64,000 nucleotides of DNA from Eledone cirrhosa (taxonomy: Eukaryota): NCBI GenBank assembly GCA_964016885.1, contig OZ024746.1:6386001-6450000 (forward strand). Direction: 5' to 3'. Positions 41,518 to 55,119 of the stretch are shown here, one piece after another. The first letter of the stretch is position 1; each line of letters opens with the position of its first letter. The notes below the pieces were generated by a model. That model saw only the letters and a list, made by a program, of their open reading frames with translations, had not been told where the DNA came from and did not search any database. Both the position numbers and the translations under genes were made by a program.

Positions 41518-41793
41518 TTAACAAATGGAAACTATATTTATAAAACCATATTTATTTCATTATACATATTTCAAGGACACCAAGTTAAATTATGGTGTGC
41601 TTTCATCAGATAAAATATCCGGGAGCTTCCAACAGTAATGGTTGCATTCTTTAAGGGTATGTCAATATTTATTTATAAAACTGCTCTATATTATATTTTA
41701 TCTGATGAAAGCACACCATAATTTAACTTGGTGTCCTTGAAATATGTATAATGAAATAAATATGGTTTTATAAATATAGTTTTCATTTGTTAA
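41518..41793. mobile_element. Fold-back element with HHRs at 41555-41615 (-) and 41696-41756 (+)
   Basis: TTTTAT-CTGATGA-AAG C ACACCA[10 nt]TGGTGT C CTT-GAAA-TATGTA-TA-ATGAAA in both arms. Confidence 0.85.
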
Positions 41794-43015
41794 TAACGTA
41801 TATATATATATATTATACGCTGGTCATTGTTATAATTTTTAAATATATCTATGCATGGACCTTTCTTACTGTATATATGCCCGTATATATTTTATCGTGA
41901 GTGTGTGTATATATTTTTTATACTTTTTTGTTTCGTATGCATATATGTGTCTGTATGTCTGTATGTACGTGAGCGTACGTGTATGTATATATATATATAT
42001 ATAAATATATTTATATATATATAAACAAATAGTAAAAATGAAAAAAATACAGTAGAAAATGCTACAGGGACTTTTTCAGTATAACATCAAAACATTTATT
42101 TATCAAATAGGGATTTCCGCATTTAATCGTGTGCCGGTTTCAGCATTGCATGCGTTTTCGACGACGGAAGTTTATAGTGCAGTTAAATTGCATATTTATA
42201 CGAATAATAATAAAATGGGAGAAAAAAAAATTTGTTTTTACATACATATTTAAAGAGGAAAGTTCACCTTTTGTCCGTAGTTTTGTTAGTGTTGACCAAC
42301 AGAGGTGGTAGCAAACTGCTTTTTTTCCGTCATAAGTTGATATTTAAACCAGCTTCACTTTCATTTTTAATAGAAATCTATTTCAAAACTTATATCCAAA
42401 ACATAACCATTTCATCTGATGAACAAGCCGGACGTTTCTGTAAGGATCGTCTAGTTTCATGAAACCTTTGGTAATGGAATAATTATATTTGGTCAATTAT
42501 GTAATGATATATATATATATATTCTGCGGTGTAACCCAATAGGCAAACTTACTGTACAAACAGTGTTACAAAACATTTCCTTTCTTTAATTGGAAAACGT
42601 TTCCTGAATTTCCATGAAGACCACAATCTATTCAACAAACAGCAATGTTATAGTGAGCTACAATTGTAAAAATAAAATACTACAAACAGCCATAATAGAA
42701 ATGCTGTCGAAATACATTGGTTTGATTATAAAAAGTTATAACGATAAAATAAGAAAAAACATTGTATAAAGCCTCGAGTCTACACCAGCAACAAATTAAT
42801 ATGTTAGAAAGTGCTTACAGAAAATGTCTGTAAGAGACGCCTCCCCTACTATAATAACACACACAGACACTCACACATGTATATATATATACATTATATA
42901 CGTGTGTATATACATATATTCACACTCATATATACATATATATATAAGGTAATAATAATAGAAGGGTGAAAGCAACGATTCTTTGCTTAAACTTTAATCT
43001 GTTATCTTAATAAAC

Positions 43016-43122
<107 letters not shown>

Positions 43123-43205
43123 GGAGGTGAGTTTTATTGTAGTACAATAAAGCAATGCAGATATCGGATAAGAAGCACTCTACAGTTTGTAGGACTGGAG
43201 TATAC

Positions 43206-43525
43206 ATAATATAAGATCAAAAGATGGTTAAAGGAGTTCCATGTATTTTATTATGCGCATTTCAAAAACAAACATCATCATGCAATAATATTTGTGTTTT
43301 CATCAGATAAAACAGGAGAACATGATATGAAGGCTAAAAAACACTTGTGGATAGTGCAGTTTAATATGTTGATTTAAAACTGCACTATCCACAAGTGTTT
43401 TTTAGCCTTCATATCATGTTCTCCTGTTTTATCTGATGAAAACACAAATATTATTGCATGATGATGTTTGTTTTTGAAATGCGCATAATAAAATACATGG
43501 AACTCCTTTAACCATCTTTTGATCT

Positions 43526-43533
<8 letters not shown>
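43206..43533. mobile_element. Near-perfect ~155-bp-arm fold-back with HHRs at 43246-43312 (-) and 43427-43493 (+)
   Basis: TTTTAT-CTGATGA-AAA C ACAAATATTAT[TGCATG]ATGATGTTTGT T TTT-GAAA-TGCGCA-TA-ATAAAA; followed by (TA)n. Confidence 0.9.
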
Positions 43534-43583
<50 letters not shown>

Positions 43584-43650
43584 AGTGAATTTCCAACCGA
43601 TAAGGTATTATTTTCATGGGTATGTCACTATTTATAAAACAAACTTTGTA

Positions 43651-43709
43651 TTTTATCTGATGAAAGCGTATCAATGTGTCTTGGTACCCTTGAAATATAT
43701 ATAATAAAA
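43651..43709 (+). ncRNA. Minimal hammerhead ribozyme
   Basis: TTTTAT-CTGATGA-AAG C GTATCAA[TGTGTC]TTGGTAC C CTT-GAAA-TATATA-TA-ATAAAA. Confidence 0.78.
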
Positions 43710-43964
43710 TAAATATGGTTTTATAAATATACTTTCCATTTATTTAATATCATTGAGTATTTACTCCAGTAAACTGTTGAGTGCTATAAATCAGTTATAA
43801 ACATTTATATTTGTTGGATTTCCAACAAATTAAATTTGCAAAGCTGTCTAAACGTACTGTTATAACTCTAAGGTAAAATACCTTATTGAGTGCTTAGCTA
43901 CACATCCCGATTGCATTCGTTAGCTTAGCTGCAGCCAGAGCTTCGATTATGCTGTACTTCCTTT

Positions 43965-44011
<47 letters not shown>

Positions 44012-44186
44012 TGAAGTAAAAGTTAAGTGGAAATATCCAAGAGTAAGTGAACTCAGTCCATAGGACGAGTTTAGTATTATATAATTACAAAAGTGACATA
44101 AACCAGTACTCAAGTTTCGTAGGGTTCTGGACCCCAATTTCTTCAGCCTGTCATGAGAAAAATCTTTGTTCTTTATTTTTCCCATG

Positions 44187-44236
44187 ACAGGCTGAAGAAT
44201 TTGGAGTCCAGCACCCAACGAAACATGGGTACCTGT
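44187..44236 (+). ncRNA. Minimal HHR in an imperfect fold-back (44081-44257)
   Basis: ACAGG-CTGAAGA-ATTTGG[..]CCAAC-GAAA-CATGGG-TA-CCTGT. A diverged mirror copy lies at ~44102-44151. Confidence 0.62.
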
Positions 44237-44708
44237 TTATGTCACTGTTGTAATTATTTATATATATATATACACATGCAGACTTATAAGTATATATATA
44301 TGTGTATGTGTGTGTGTAGAGCTGAAAGTAAATAGTGAACACCTCCCAAATCCTCTCTCAATTAATTATCTTCCTCTTACCATTCACTATGTTATATATA
44401 TATCTGCTTTAATTCCTTTAAATCTTCATCAACACTCCTTCACTCCCACACTCATTAACCTCCCACCCCACCCACCATCCCGACACACACAAATCTCTTA
44501 TATAGAGAGTCAAATATCACAACACCACCAGAGATCAGTTTCACAATCGCCACCGACGAATGTGAGAAAGTTCTCCAGGAACGTTAACCAGGAATCTTTT
44601 TAAAATCCCTTTTTAAATATATATTTAAAGGTTAAACTAGATATATATATATATTTACTAGATATATATATATTTAAAGGTTAAACTAGATATATATATA
44701 TTTAAAGG

Positions 44709-44810
<102 letters not shown>

Positions 44811-45617
44811 GGGGGGGGAGAGAATATACATTATTCAAAGCTAGAGTATGTGGATTGGTTTGCTGCCAGCATACGACGTATGTATTAATTGGATTTTTAG
44901 GGGTGACATGATTTATTTTTGCTGGAAGAGAGAATGTATTTTGATAAGCACATTCACATACACATACATATATATCTGTGGCTACAAAATAACGTATTAC
45001 ATTTATATCGCACCCTTGTATATATGCACACATATAGACATACACTCCCCACTATATATAAATATATATATATATGTGTGTGTGTGAAGAGAGAGAAGAT
45101 ATATATATATATATATATTTATATACATACACACGTATGATCAAAGTCACATGTGTATATTTGCCTATACGCATGTCGCTCAAGATATAAATAGTCATGT
45201 GTGTGTATATATATATACAAACAAATACGATTGTGCGCATATGCGTACAAGCATATATACACATGTATTTGTATATATACTTATTCGCAGATACACATAT
45301 ACACGCACACAAATATTCATATATGTCACAGACGACCATAGGCGTGTGTATACAAATATATATACATTAACATTATAGAACATATGATGTACATAAAAAT
45401 GTAGACTATAGAAAGTGCTAGGGAAAGTTCTATGCAGAAAACTATGCGAACACATCTGATCCCTAATGTCTAAGTACATGTCCTAGGGAAAATATTGTCT
45501 TAGATTATATTTCGAGTTGTAGGAGACACATTCATGAATGCTAGTAGGTTGATTCTACCATTTTACATTCTCTAGATTCGTATCGAGAATGTTGGTTTTT
45601 ATCCCTTTCGATTTAGA

Positions 45618-45814
45618 CCTCTGCATACAGAAGATCAACTTCGATGTTGAGCTTTAGATTAATATGATTTCTAAGGTTTCAGAAGTTGTTTAGGCCTCTA
45701 CATACAGAAGATCAACTTCGATGTTGAGCTTTAGATTAATATGATTTCTAAGGTTTCAGAAGTTGTTTAGGCCTCTACATACAGAAGATCAACTTCGATG
45801 TTGAGCTTTAGATT
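45618..45814. repeat. 77-bp tandem repeat, ~2.5 copies
   Basis: CCTCT(A/G)CATACAGAAGATCAAC restarts at 45618, 45695 and 45772. Confidence 0.9.
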
Positions 45815-46162
45815 GATGCGATTTCTGGTTTTACATTTAATCCTGTAGTATGTTATCTTATGTGTTTAGACAAGTTAGTATTTTTCTCTTCTACCAACTT
45901 GTCTGAGAGATTAGCAATACTTAGGTAATCAGGACTTATATATGTTCTCTTTTAATCTCATCTATGCCTGATGTTTTCTTCTTCTAGAAGACATCTACGC
46001 ATTGTATATATATATGTGTGTGTGTCTGTCTGTCTGTCTGTCTGCCTGTCTTTCTGTGCGTTCAATTTATTCATTTTATTAAGGTCATCAAATGACCCTG
46101 CGATAAACAGGCGAAACTCCAGAGTAGCAATATTCACTCTCTAGCCTTAATAAACCATATAC

Positions 46163-46198
<36 letters not shown>

Positions 46199-46201
<3 letters not shown>

Positions 46202-46333
46202 CAGAATTAGCCGTCGAAACGGCTTGAGCTCAGCCGTCGGGTCCTACTCGTTCCTATTATCCACTCTACTACCCTAAGTATTGAGTACTTTGGTGCGTTA
46301 TGGTCCACCTGGTTCCTTACCAAATTTCCTTCG

Positions 46334-46335
<2 letters not shown>
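46199..46335 (+). mobile_element. ~135-bp structured element between (TA)n runs (GCCGTCGAAACGGC family)
   Basis: Relatives at ~3962-4000, 20362-20420, 30133-30192, 46388-46562, 52270-52447, 61560-61720 and 62740-62926. Confidence 0.85.
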
Positions 46336-46388
<53 letters not shown>

Positions 46389-46563
46389 AGAATGGAGGCA
46401 GTAAATACCAGTTAGACCATTATTCAGCAGAGTACTCGATACTTGGGGTAGTTGAGTGGGTCATATGAAAACATTCAAGACCCCGGTGGCTGAGCTCCGG
46501 CCGTTTCAACAGCTAACGGATCTAGCTTTTGAAACGGCTGGAGCTCAGCCGTCGGGGTCTTTA

Positions 46564-46594
<31 letters not shown>

Positions 46595-47059
46595 ACCAAA
46601 GATTAAATTTGATATAATATATAAGTATAATTAGCTTAACTATAATCAAATAAAAGAGATATTCAATGGTTTATGGTAATTGATTGGTTGCCTCAATTGA
46701 CCTAATATTTGAAAACAACGGTTTCTTCTATATATCCTAACATATATTTTATGTTCCCTCTCTTTTGTCGTTATTTCTCCTTTCTTCTTCCTTTTATTTA
46801 TTTTTATTCATTTAAATATTTATGTATGTATTTATTTATTTTTTCTTATTTTTCTTTTTTTCTTTCTTTCTTTTTCTTGCCTTCCTCCTCTTTACACCCT
46901 CTCTTATATCTCTAATGCGCTCCATGTCCTTTTCTTCTTTATGTTTATCATATTATTATTTGTGGTATATAAATGTTGAGATTTGATGAAATAAATCACT
47001 GCCAATACTGGAATTGAAATATCAAGACCGTAGAGGTATGTCATATATCAAATCATATA

Positions 47060-47122
47060 TTTTATCTGACGAGGACGTACTGAAACAAACAACACAATAC
47101 CTTCGAAATATATATAATAAAG
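47060..47122 (+). ncRNA. Minimal HHR (same family as 844-902)
   Basis: TTTTAT-CTGACGA-GGA C GTA[..]TAC C TTC-GAAA-TATATA-TA-ATAAAG. Confidence 0.62.
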
Positions 47123-47168
47123 CATATATTTTGATTATGTGAATATCTTCATTTGTTAATATTTTGAA

Positions 47169-47210
<42 letters not shown>

Positions 47211-47280
47211 GTAAACACATGGCAATGATTTGAGTACACAGATCTATCGTCGGTTTCGACGATTGAGTATTCTATTAATA

Positions 47281-47468
47281 TAATTGTTTCTACTTTTGGC
47301 ACTAGGCCAGCAATTATCCCAGTGTATTACTGGTACTTTATTTTATCGACCCTGTAAGGATGAAAGGCAAAGTTAACCTCGGCGGGATTTGAACTCAGAA
47401 TGGCAAGGGCCGTAACTCTATGCATCAAAGCGTCAGACCCTCTACCGATACTGCCAATCCACCACCCT
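47281..47468 (-). mobile_element. SINE, full length, flanked by ATTAATATAAT direct repeat
   Basis: Consensus match with a target-site-duplication-like repeat. Confidence 0.9.
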
Positions 47469-47570
47469 TTTTCCATTAATATAATATAATCTGAAATAAT
47501 GCATACGTGCTTAAGTATTCCACTGACACGTGTAGCCTTAGCATAATTCTAAAGTAGAATCAGCATAATA

Positions 47571-47760
47571 TAATTGTTTCTACTTTTGGCACAAGGCCAG
47601 CAACTATTCCAGTGTATTACTGGTACTTTATTTTATCGATGCCGTAAGGATGAAAGGCGAAGTTAACCTCGGCGGGATTTGAACTCAGACCATAAAAGGC
47701 CTTAACTCTTTGCTGTAAAGCATGGCGTCAGACCCTCTACCGATACTGCCAATCCACCGC
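47571..47760 (-). mobile_element. SINE, full length, TSD GCATAATATAAT
   Basis: Consensus match with a flanking direct repeat. Confidence 0.9.
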
Positions 47761-48099
47761 ATAATATAATGAACGAAAAGGCTTCTTTTTATAATAACAG
47801 TCGCAGTCTATCCATCATATCTAATTTCACTTACTATTCTTGCAGTGACCCGCTTATTTGATATAAAGATATTCTAATGGAACACCACGATTGCAAATCA
47901 AGCAATTATCTACATGTTCCTATCTACACCTCCCCGCACCCTGCACACACATACTAAAATATTGCAATTTATATATATATATATTAGTAAAAAGGAAAAG
48001 AAAATTTCACGTGTGTGTGTGATGCCGTGGTACAATCATCCGCTCCTCAAGCAATTTCCACTCCATCGTATTAATAATATAACTTTTTGGTTTAATGAT

Positions 48100-48900
48100 G
48101 AATAATTTTCAATTTAAATGCTCGCCTCCAGCATTTCTGCGATGTCTCTCTTCAATATATTATGTTGCCTATTGACGACATCTTTCCCTGATCTAATATT
48201 TTCAATCGGTAGATTTTTACTAAAACTAAACGAATTAACTTTGAAATGTACTTTTAATCTTACAGTTTCCTACTGAAAAAGAGCCTTCTCTTATTTTATT
48301 TTAATCTGGTCATTAGATGTATTTTTTGAACGAAATAGATTTGAAGACCTTCCTCTGGACCTCTCACAAATGTTTAATTTGCCTTTACAATTCTGATACG
48401 TTTGACATTGACATTTTCTTCCGGTTGTTTCCCCATGGCATTTACATGAAAGTTGGATTCTTTAATTATATTAACAAAATATGTTGTAGGTGGTCTTTCA
48501 ATTCTCATTTCTCAAGTTGTAATTGCAACTAAATGTATTTTTATTTATTTTGTTCAGACAGCTCGTTTGGCACTAACATTCTTTAAGCTTTGCCCTTTTA
48601 TGGCATATGCCATCTACTATTCACTCTTTATTTAAAGTCAAATCGCAAACGTACGCACAAAAGCTCGATCATATATATATCTTTATATCTTTCTTTCCAT
48701 TACAGCTGATACTTTTACTGTTTTTGTTGATGACATTGCTATATACAATGTGGCAATATATGTGTTATTTTCACGTCTTTATATTAAGATTAATTTGTTT
48801 ATTATATTGTTCCTGTTAATGTTGGCCAAGTTGCTGTTATTTGTCAATTCTTTCCAATAAACGACAGATTGTATTTTTATTCCTATCTCCCGAAGAGGAA
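48100..48900 (-). pseudogene. Possible highly decayed Tigger/pogo transposase remnant
   Basis: Scattered reverse-strand motifs such as KCHGET and GRSSNLFRSKN, in the order expected for a pogo DDE domain. Heavily disrupted. Confidence 0.3.
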
Positions 48901-49408
48901 ACCTGGCTATTATTGCGATAGGAATCATCTCCCACTTACTATTATATCGCCATTCTAACAATGTGGAAATGGTTTGCTATCGTTAAAACAAAACTAAATG
49001 ACAAAATTGCTTGATAAAGGAGATAAATACTTAATAAATAAATTATTTCTTGATGCAATAGTAACATTACAAACAAAATATCGATTATTTGAGAGAAAAC
49101 AATATAACACCAAATCACCCGTTGCTCTAATAAGAGACTTCTGTGGGATAAATATAACATATCGGTGTCCCAGCATGGCCTCAGCCATAGAACAGGTAAA
49201 AGAGTAAAAGAGTATCCAACAACAAGAATAACAATAAGAAAAACAACTACAATGAAAACAAAAAATGATTAAACGAAGGACATTTATATTACAAATAATA
49301 ATAGTATTTACAAATACAATGGGGAAGAAGAAATATTGGCAATTGTACTTAATTAATTTGGGTGTGCTGAATTGAAATCTGAAGTTAGTGTAACAGCCAC
49401 ATAGATAA

Positions 49409-49599
49409 TAATTGTTTCTACTATTGGAACAAGACCAGAAATTATCCAGTACATTACTGGTACTTTATTTTATCGACCCCGTAAGGATGAAAGGCAAAGT
49501 TAACCTCGGCGGGATTTGAACTCAGAATAGCAAGGGCCGTAACTCTATACGTCAAAGCATGGTGTCCGACCCTCTACCTATACTGCCAATTCACCGCCC
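49409..49599 (-). mobile_element. SINE, full length, TSD TAGATAATAAT
   Basis: Consensus match with a flanking direct repeat. Confidence 0.9.
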
Positions 49600-49636
49600 T
49601 AGATAATAATATGGGGAATATTTATACATTTATGTC

Positions 49637-49904
49637 TACTCACAGGCCTTCAATAATCGTCCCCCACCCACCCACTTATTAATTTTTGCTGATCTATCTC
49701 CGGCGATATTTTATTGTGATTCATATTGATACAGAAGCTGGAGAATCTAATATTAATTTTATTTTACATAAAAAAAAACATTATATATGACAAAAGAAGA
49801 ACATTACAAGAAATTCCATATTTACGAACGTAGACTATTACCGATCCTCCATCTCCGTTTATTCCACCCCTACCCTCACCCCTATTATTTGGGACCCGAG
49901 TGTA
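49637..49904. mobile_element. Degenerate TA-flanked MITE
   Basis: TACTCACAGGCCTTCAATAAT on the left; reverse complement of the right end is TACACTCGGGTCCCAAATAAT. Confidence 0.4.
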
Positions 49905-50153
49905 CTTGAAGAAGACATCATTAGAACTGAAACAAAATAACAAAAAACATATTTGGTGTAATAGTTTGCACAGTAAAACGGTATATTGCATGTGTGGGTT
50001 CGAGACTCAGGGGTGCCACTATTCCAAGTTTCACCGTCTTCGGGGTTCATATGCCAAACATATTAAACTATCGATCAACGATTCTAAAAATAGATTGATT
50101 ATGTAAAATATTTTATACTATATACCCTGTCATCTTTGACGGTAACTATGCTA

Positions 50154-50264
<111 letters not shown>

Positions 50265-50332
50265 CAGGTAATTATTTCTGGCAATATTATTACACCAATA
50301 TGACCCTCCCCAAGTATATATATATATATACA

Positions 50333-50396
<64 letters not shown>

Positions 50397-50457
50397 GTAG
50401 AACACTGGAAGGTAATATCCGTAGTGGTAGAGCACTCAGTCCAAGGGACGAGTTAGG

Positions 50458-50896
50458 TAGAAGTGGTTACACAACAGTTAGTTCACCATACCAAGAACAA
50501 TTGTTTCACCTTCGCGGATCTTCAGCTCGGGATGTGTATGGTTATAGGAACAGGAAGGACAACCGTACGAACGCGCATGCGCAGAAACTCGGTCACTTCA
50601 CACAGGCAATACTAGACTGCGTGCGGGAGGTGTAAGGGAGATAACTGCGAAAGTCCGGAAAGTTTTTAGGTTGAAAATAAAATTTAAAAAAATTAAAAAT
50701 AAAATTACAAAGAATCAGTCCGGAGCCTTGTAGTTATGCAATAGATGTTTGGTGACGTGTGGACAACGTGTGAAAAATTCACTTCTCGTGTTTAGGCAAT
50801 CACTATTGCGTAATCTCTTTATAATCTCTAAAGAAGATCCGCGAAGGTGAAACAATTGTTCTCGGTATGGTGAACTAACTGTTGTGTAACCACTTC

Positions 50897-50898
<2 letters not shown>
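50458..50898. mobile_element. Fold-back PLE-terminal-like element with HHR at 50491-50530 (-)
   Basis: Arms 50458-50523 and 50833-50898. Reverse strand reads CCGAG-CTGAAGA-T CC[GCGAA]GG T-GAAA-CAATTG-TT-CTTGG. Relatives at ~22990-23072 and ~3450-3495. Confidence 0.8.
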
Positions 50899-50947
<49 letters not shown>

Positions 50948-52445
50948 AGGTGAGCACGCATGTGTGAGTTTGACAGAAGATCTATGACATACACACAGGG
51001 TTATGGAAGGGATTGAAACAGATCCGAGTTTTATATCTAACAATGCTAGTCATGGCTCGTCCCGGTCCCTTTGATAAAACAAATAGGAATACTGCCATAA
51101 TCCATATTTTTTATGTTTTTATTTGTTCTATGTTTAAATCAATAAAAAAAAACATGTAGTCCGATATTTGCAGGTTGTATCGTTAGTTTTGAGGATTTGG
51201 GATAGCATAAATGTTAGAGAGGCCAAAATATTTCGGTTTTAAAACGAATTACCATGTGATAGAATTTAGGATAATTAGAACTTACAGTAGTTTGTGGGTC
51301 TACAACGTGTCGAATGGGTATATACAGACCATTATGTGCTTTAAAGTTTTATGTTACGAGTGTTGGGTATAAATTCTGTGTTGTTTATTTTCTCTCGACA
51401 ACTGACGTGGAGAAGGAACACGTCTCTTCGTTACAGTAACTTCCCCGGTACTGGGGATTGACAATAAGCTTACCACGTCTCCTCAACTATAATGACGACC
51501 TTAATGTCCAGATATTCTACATTACTATATTATAATGGAATTGATAACTTTAATACATGAACTCAAGACCGTGAATAAGAATATCCGTTAGTGTAAATGT
51601 CAATATCAGCAATGTACTATTCACCAAAAGCTGCCTCTAAACTAAATTCTTGGAGATGAATGGAAACAACATATTTGTAAATACTGACCTTTTTCATGAA
51701 AACATTAAACCATTTCTGGCTAACATCTGGAATAAAGAAAAATATATTTCAACTGTAATGCATCCATATTTGAGCAGAGTCATTTAATAATCCAATACAA
51801 GCACCCAAAATAAAGCATACATTATCGATCTTAAAATTTCCCCTAATACTATGGAAAAGCTTTATAATGGAAAGACGCCTGGAAGAGAGTAATTGGTTAC
51901 TGATGTAGAAAGCTATTCACGTATCATTTCTGTGTAAAAGAAGTAGAACTACGAAACTGATTTATCATAGATTAGGAAAATCATCCAAGTCAGACATTAC
52001 AACACTCATATGGCAGAACACTATAGAACTATTCCTCGATTAAAAATGATGTATGAGATGTTTAAACCATTTCATACGAGGTCATTGTAAATACATTACG
52101 AGGGTGTCAGTATTTGTATCCATAATTTAGTTAAAGTGTTTCATTTACAGTATGATAAATTATAGTTTCACTTAAAAGTAACTCCAGGGTTCAACACGCA
52201 CACATACACACACATGCATACACACACACTCACACATACACACACACGTGTATATATATACATATACATATGAAAATGTTTAACCCCGACGGCAGAGCTG
52301 AACCCGTTTCGACGGCTATTTCTGTCGAAACGGCTTGAGCTCTGCCGTCGGGGTTACACATTTTCCTATTACCCACTCTACTACCCTAAGTATTGAGTAC
52401 TCTGGTGCATTATGGTCCATCTGGTTCCTTACCACACTTCCTTCG

Positions 52446-52494
<49 letters not shown>

Positions 52495-53271
52495 ATACAA
52501 TAACAGAGATAGCTTAAAGCTAAACTCTGACTGGTAACCATCTCACTCAACAAACATTAGGTTATATTTTAATATAAACCCAATTTAAGTGTTTGGGGTG
52601 CTAACTATATGTATTTTGTGGAAAGCCTGTTGTATTATTTTATGAGATATAATTAAAGTTAAAATATATCTCTCTTTCCAAACAATTGTTTCATTATAAG
52701 TTTTCTACAAATTGGGAGAATATTTCCAGTTTATGTAGAAGCCTAACATATATTCATGTAAGAATATATTTAGGTGGGCACTTATAAATCATCAGTGGAA
52801 GCCCGTTAAACTTTGATATAAGAAAAAATTCTTACCGCAGTTAAAAATCGTGTCTGCAAAGCTGCTCCCTCACGCATCGAATGACCGCCAAATTTGAAAT
52901 TCCAGCAGTTTTTGACTGAGGAAGTATTATAGCGTCACGAAGCGGGAAAGGGAGACAACCACGATCCACGAAAGGAGAAAAAATAATATACACGCGGGTT
53001 AATTAGTTTTTTCGAAAACATTATTAATCCAACATGTTAAGAACTCAATTGAAATTTAAAAAATAAATGTATGTGTGTATAAATTACACACGCATATAGA
53101 TATTTTCTTAGGCTAAAATATATATATATTTAAAAAGTAAACAGAGAACAAAAAACAGAAAAACGAAGGGCAGTACAAATTATATTATTATTAGTTGTCG
53201 TCAATGGAAGTGATATATATATATATATATATATATATGTGTATATATATATATATTTATATATATATATG

Positions 53272-53350
<79 letters not shown>

Positions 53351-53377
53351 ATTAGAAGAAGAAGAAGAAGAAGAAAA

Positions 53378-53830
53378 CTGACATGGAACTGGTTAAATAG
53401 AGGAGACCTTAAAAAAGCTACAGAAGGAATACTAATGACTGCGCAAGAGCAGGCCCTCAGAACGAAGTGGGTGAAACACCATATTTACAAGGAGGAGGCT
53501 AGCCCACTGTGTAGGATCTGTGGAGAGAGAGAGGAGCCTGTGGCTCACATTGTATCCGAGTGTAAACACCTAGCCCAGACTCACTATAAAGGCTGGAGAC
53601 ATGATGTGATAGGCAGGGTGATCCATTGGCACCTATGCAAAGTAAACAATTTACCACATTCTAAGAAGTGGTATAAGCATAAGCCAGAGTCGGTGATAGA
53701 AAACGATCAGGTGTAGGTGCTATGGGATTTTAGTATGGGATTTTAGTATTTTATGACAAGAAATTAGAACACAATAGGCCTGACCTGGTGGTTTTGGACA
53801 AGATCGTGCCAGATTGTAGATGTAGCCAGC
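53378..53830 (+). pseudogene. R4/Dong-clade LINE fragment (CCHC knuckle + restriction-like endonuclease)
   Basis: [67 protein letters not shown]. Confidence 0.88.
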
Positions 53831-54357
53831 CCATATACAAGGGAAATCATATCAAACCTCAGTCCACGATTTTCCTCCATCATGGAATCATGAATCAACT
53901 AAGCACTCTTGCTATATTAACACATTTTGATCTGCTTTACTTCAAGAACTATGCCTGTAAATAACATTATTTTTTTCTTTCACATTGACTTTTATGCTCT
54001 ACATTACGTCCGTTTTATTTTCTTTTTCTTTTTTCTTTTCACTTCATAAACCTTGTTTGTAAATAACATTATTCTTTCTGTACCTTCTCTTTAACATGTG
54101 CGACACCACACTAATACATGTCACTATCATTTGATAATGCATAAAAATGCTGAAACCGGTAATAGACAATTATTAAATATATAAATAGATAAATAAATGC
54201 CATTGTTAAATAATAAATAAATCAACTAATACCTTAACACTTCACACAAAGTAAAACTTTTCATTTTAATCATTTTATAACCCAGAAAAAAGAGAGAGAG
54301 AAATAAATAAGGAAAAAAATATTTTTTTCTTCCTAATAATCGTCTCTTTCTCCCTGT

Positions 54358-54395
<38 letters not shown>

Positions 54396-54499
54396 TAACT
54401 CGTGTGCTTCCTCTCCACATTTTATTATTATTATATATATATATTTCAAGGGCGGTGCCCCAGCATGGCCTCAGCCGGATGGCTGAAACAGGTAAAAGA

Positions 54500-54571
<72 letters not shown>

Positions 54572-54737
54572 TTAAGGGTACTATTTATGGTTATGTATGC
54601 AATAAAACCTTTAATGGTAATATATTATATATACACAAACCCTAAATAGTGAGGGATAGTCATTAATTACTATCCTATTACCAGTAAGATAAATAGCTCA
54701 ATGTAATAACATCAGTTGTTTTACAGAGCAGTTATAT

Positions 54738-55119
54738 AGAGATTACAGTAATCAAAGTTCAGTTTAAGTCATTTATTTGCTTACAATTGTTTCCTCCAAA
54801 CCGAGGTTTGGATTCTTCGGAGCAGCTATTTACTGATCTATAACATACTTGACCTCCTTTTCAACCCAAGAGACACATAAAACATATGCGCATGTTGATC
54901 AACAGTGGGGTGACACTCATCAAATGATATAGCATGGCAATTTACATATAAAGGTTCCAGGATAAAAATAAAATAAAATAAAATAAAATAAAAGCAAGGG
55001 TGAAAATAAGAGTGAAAATAAAGATAAACATGAAGCGTTGGCAGTCTATGAAGATAAAGCAAGAGGAAAGCTTAGAGTAGTCAGTGTATGAAACAATCTC
55101 CCGTGCAGCATGCACGCGT
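54738..55119 (-). mobile_element. Solo 3' terminus of the Naiad-type PLE (close copy of 10347-10693) with HHR motif at 54778-54824
   Basis: Direct reverse-complement match; both copies give the same spurious ORF, ILEPLYVNCHAISFDECHPTVDQ. Confidence 0.9.

Noticed and set aside
51450-52100. Coding-like texture, possibly a decayed mobile-element ORF
   Set aside because: No recognisable motif in any frame that I could support.
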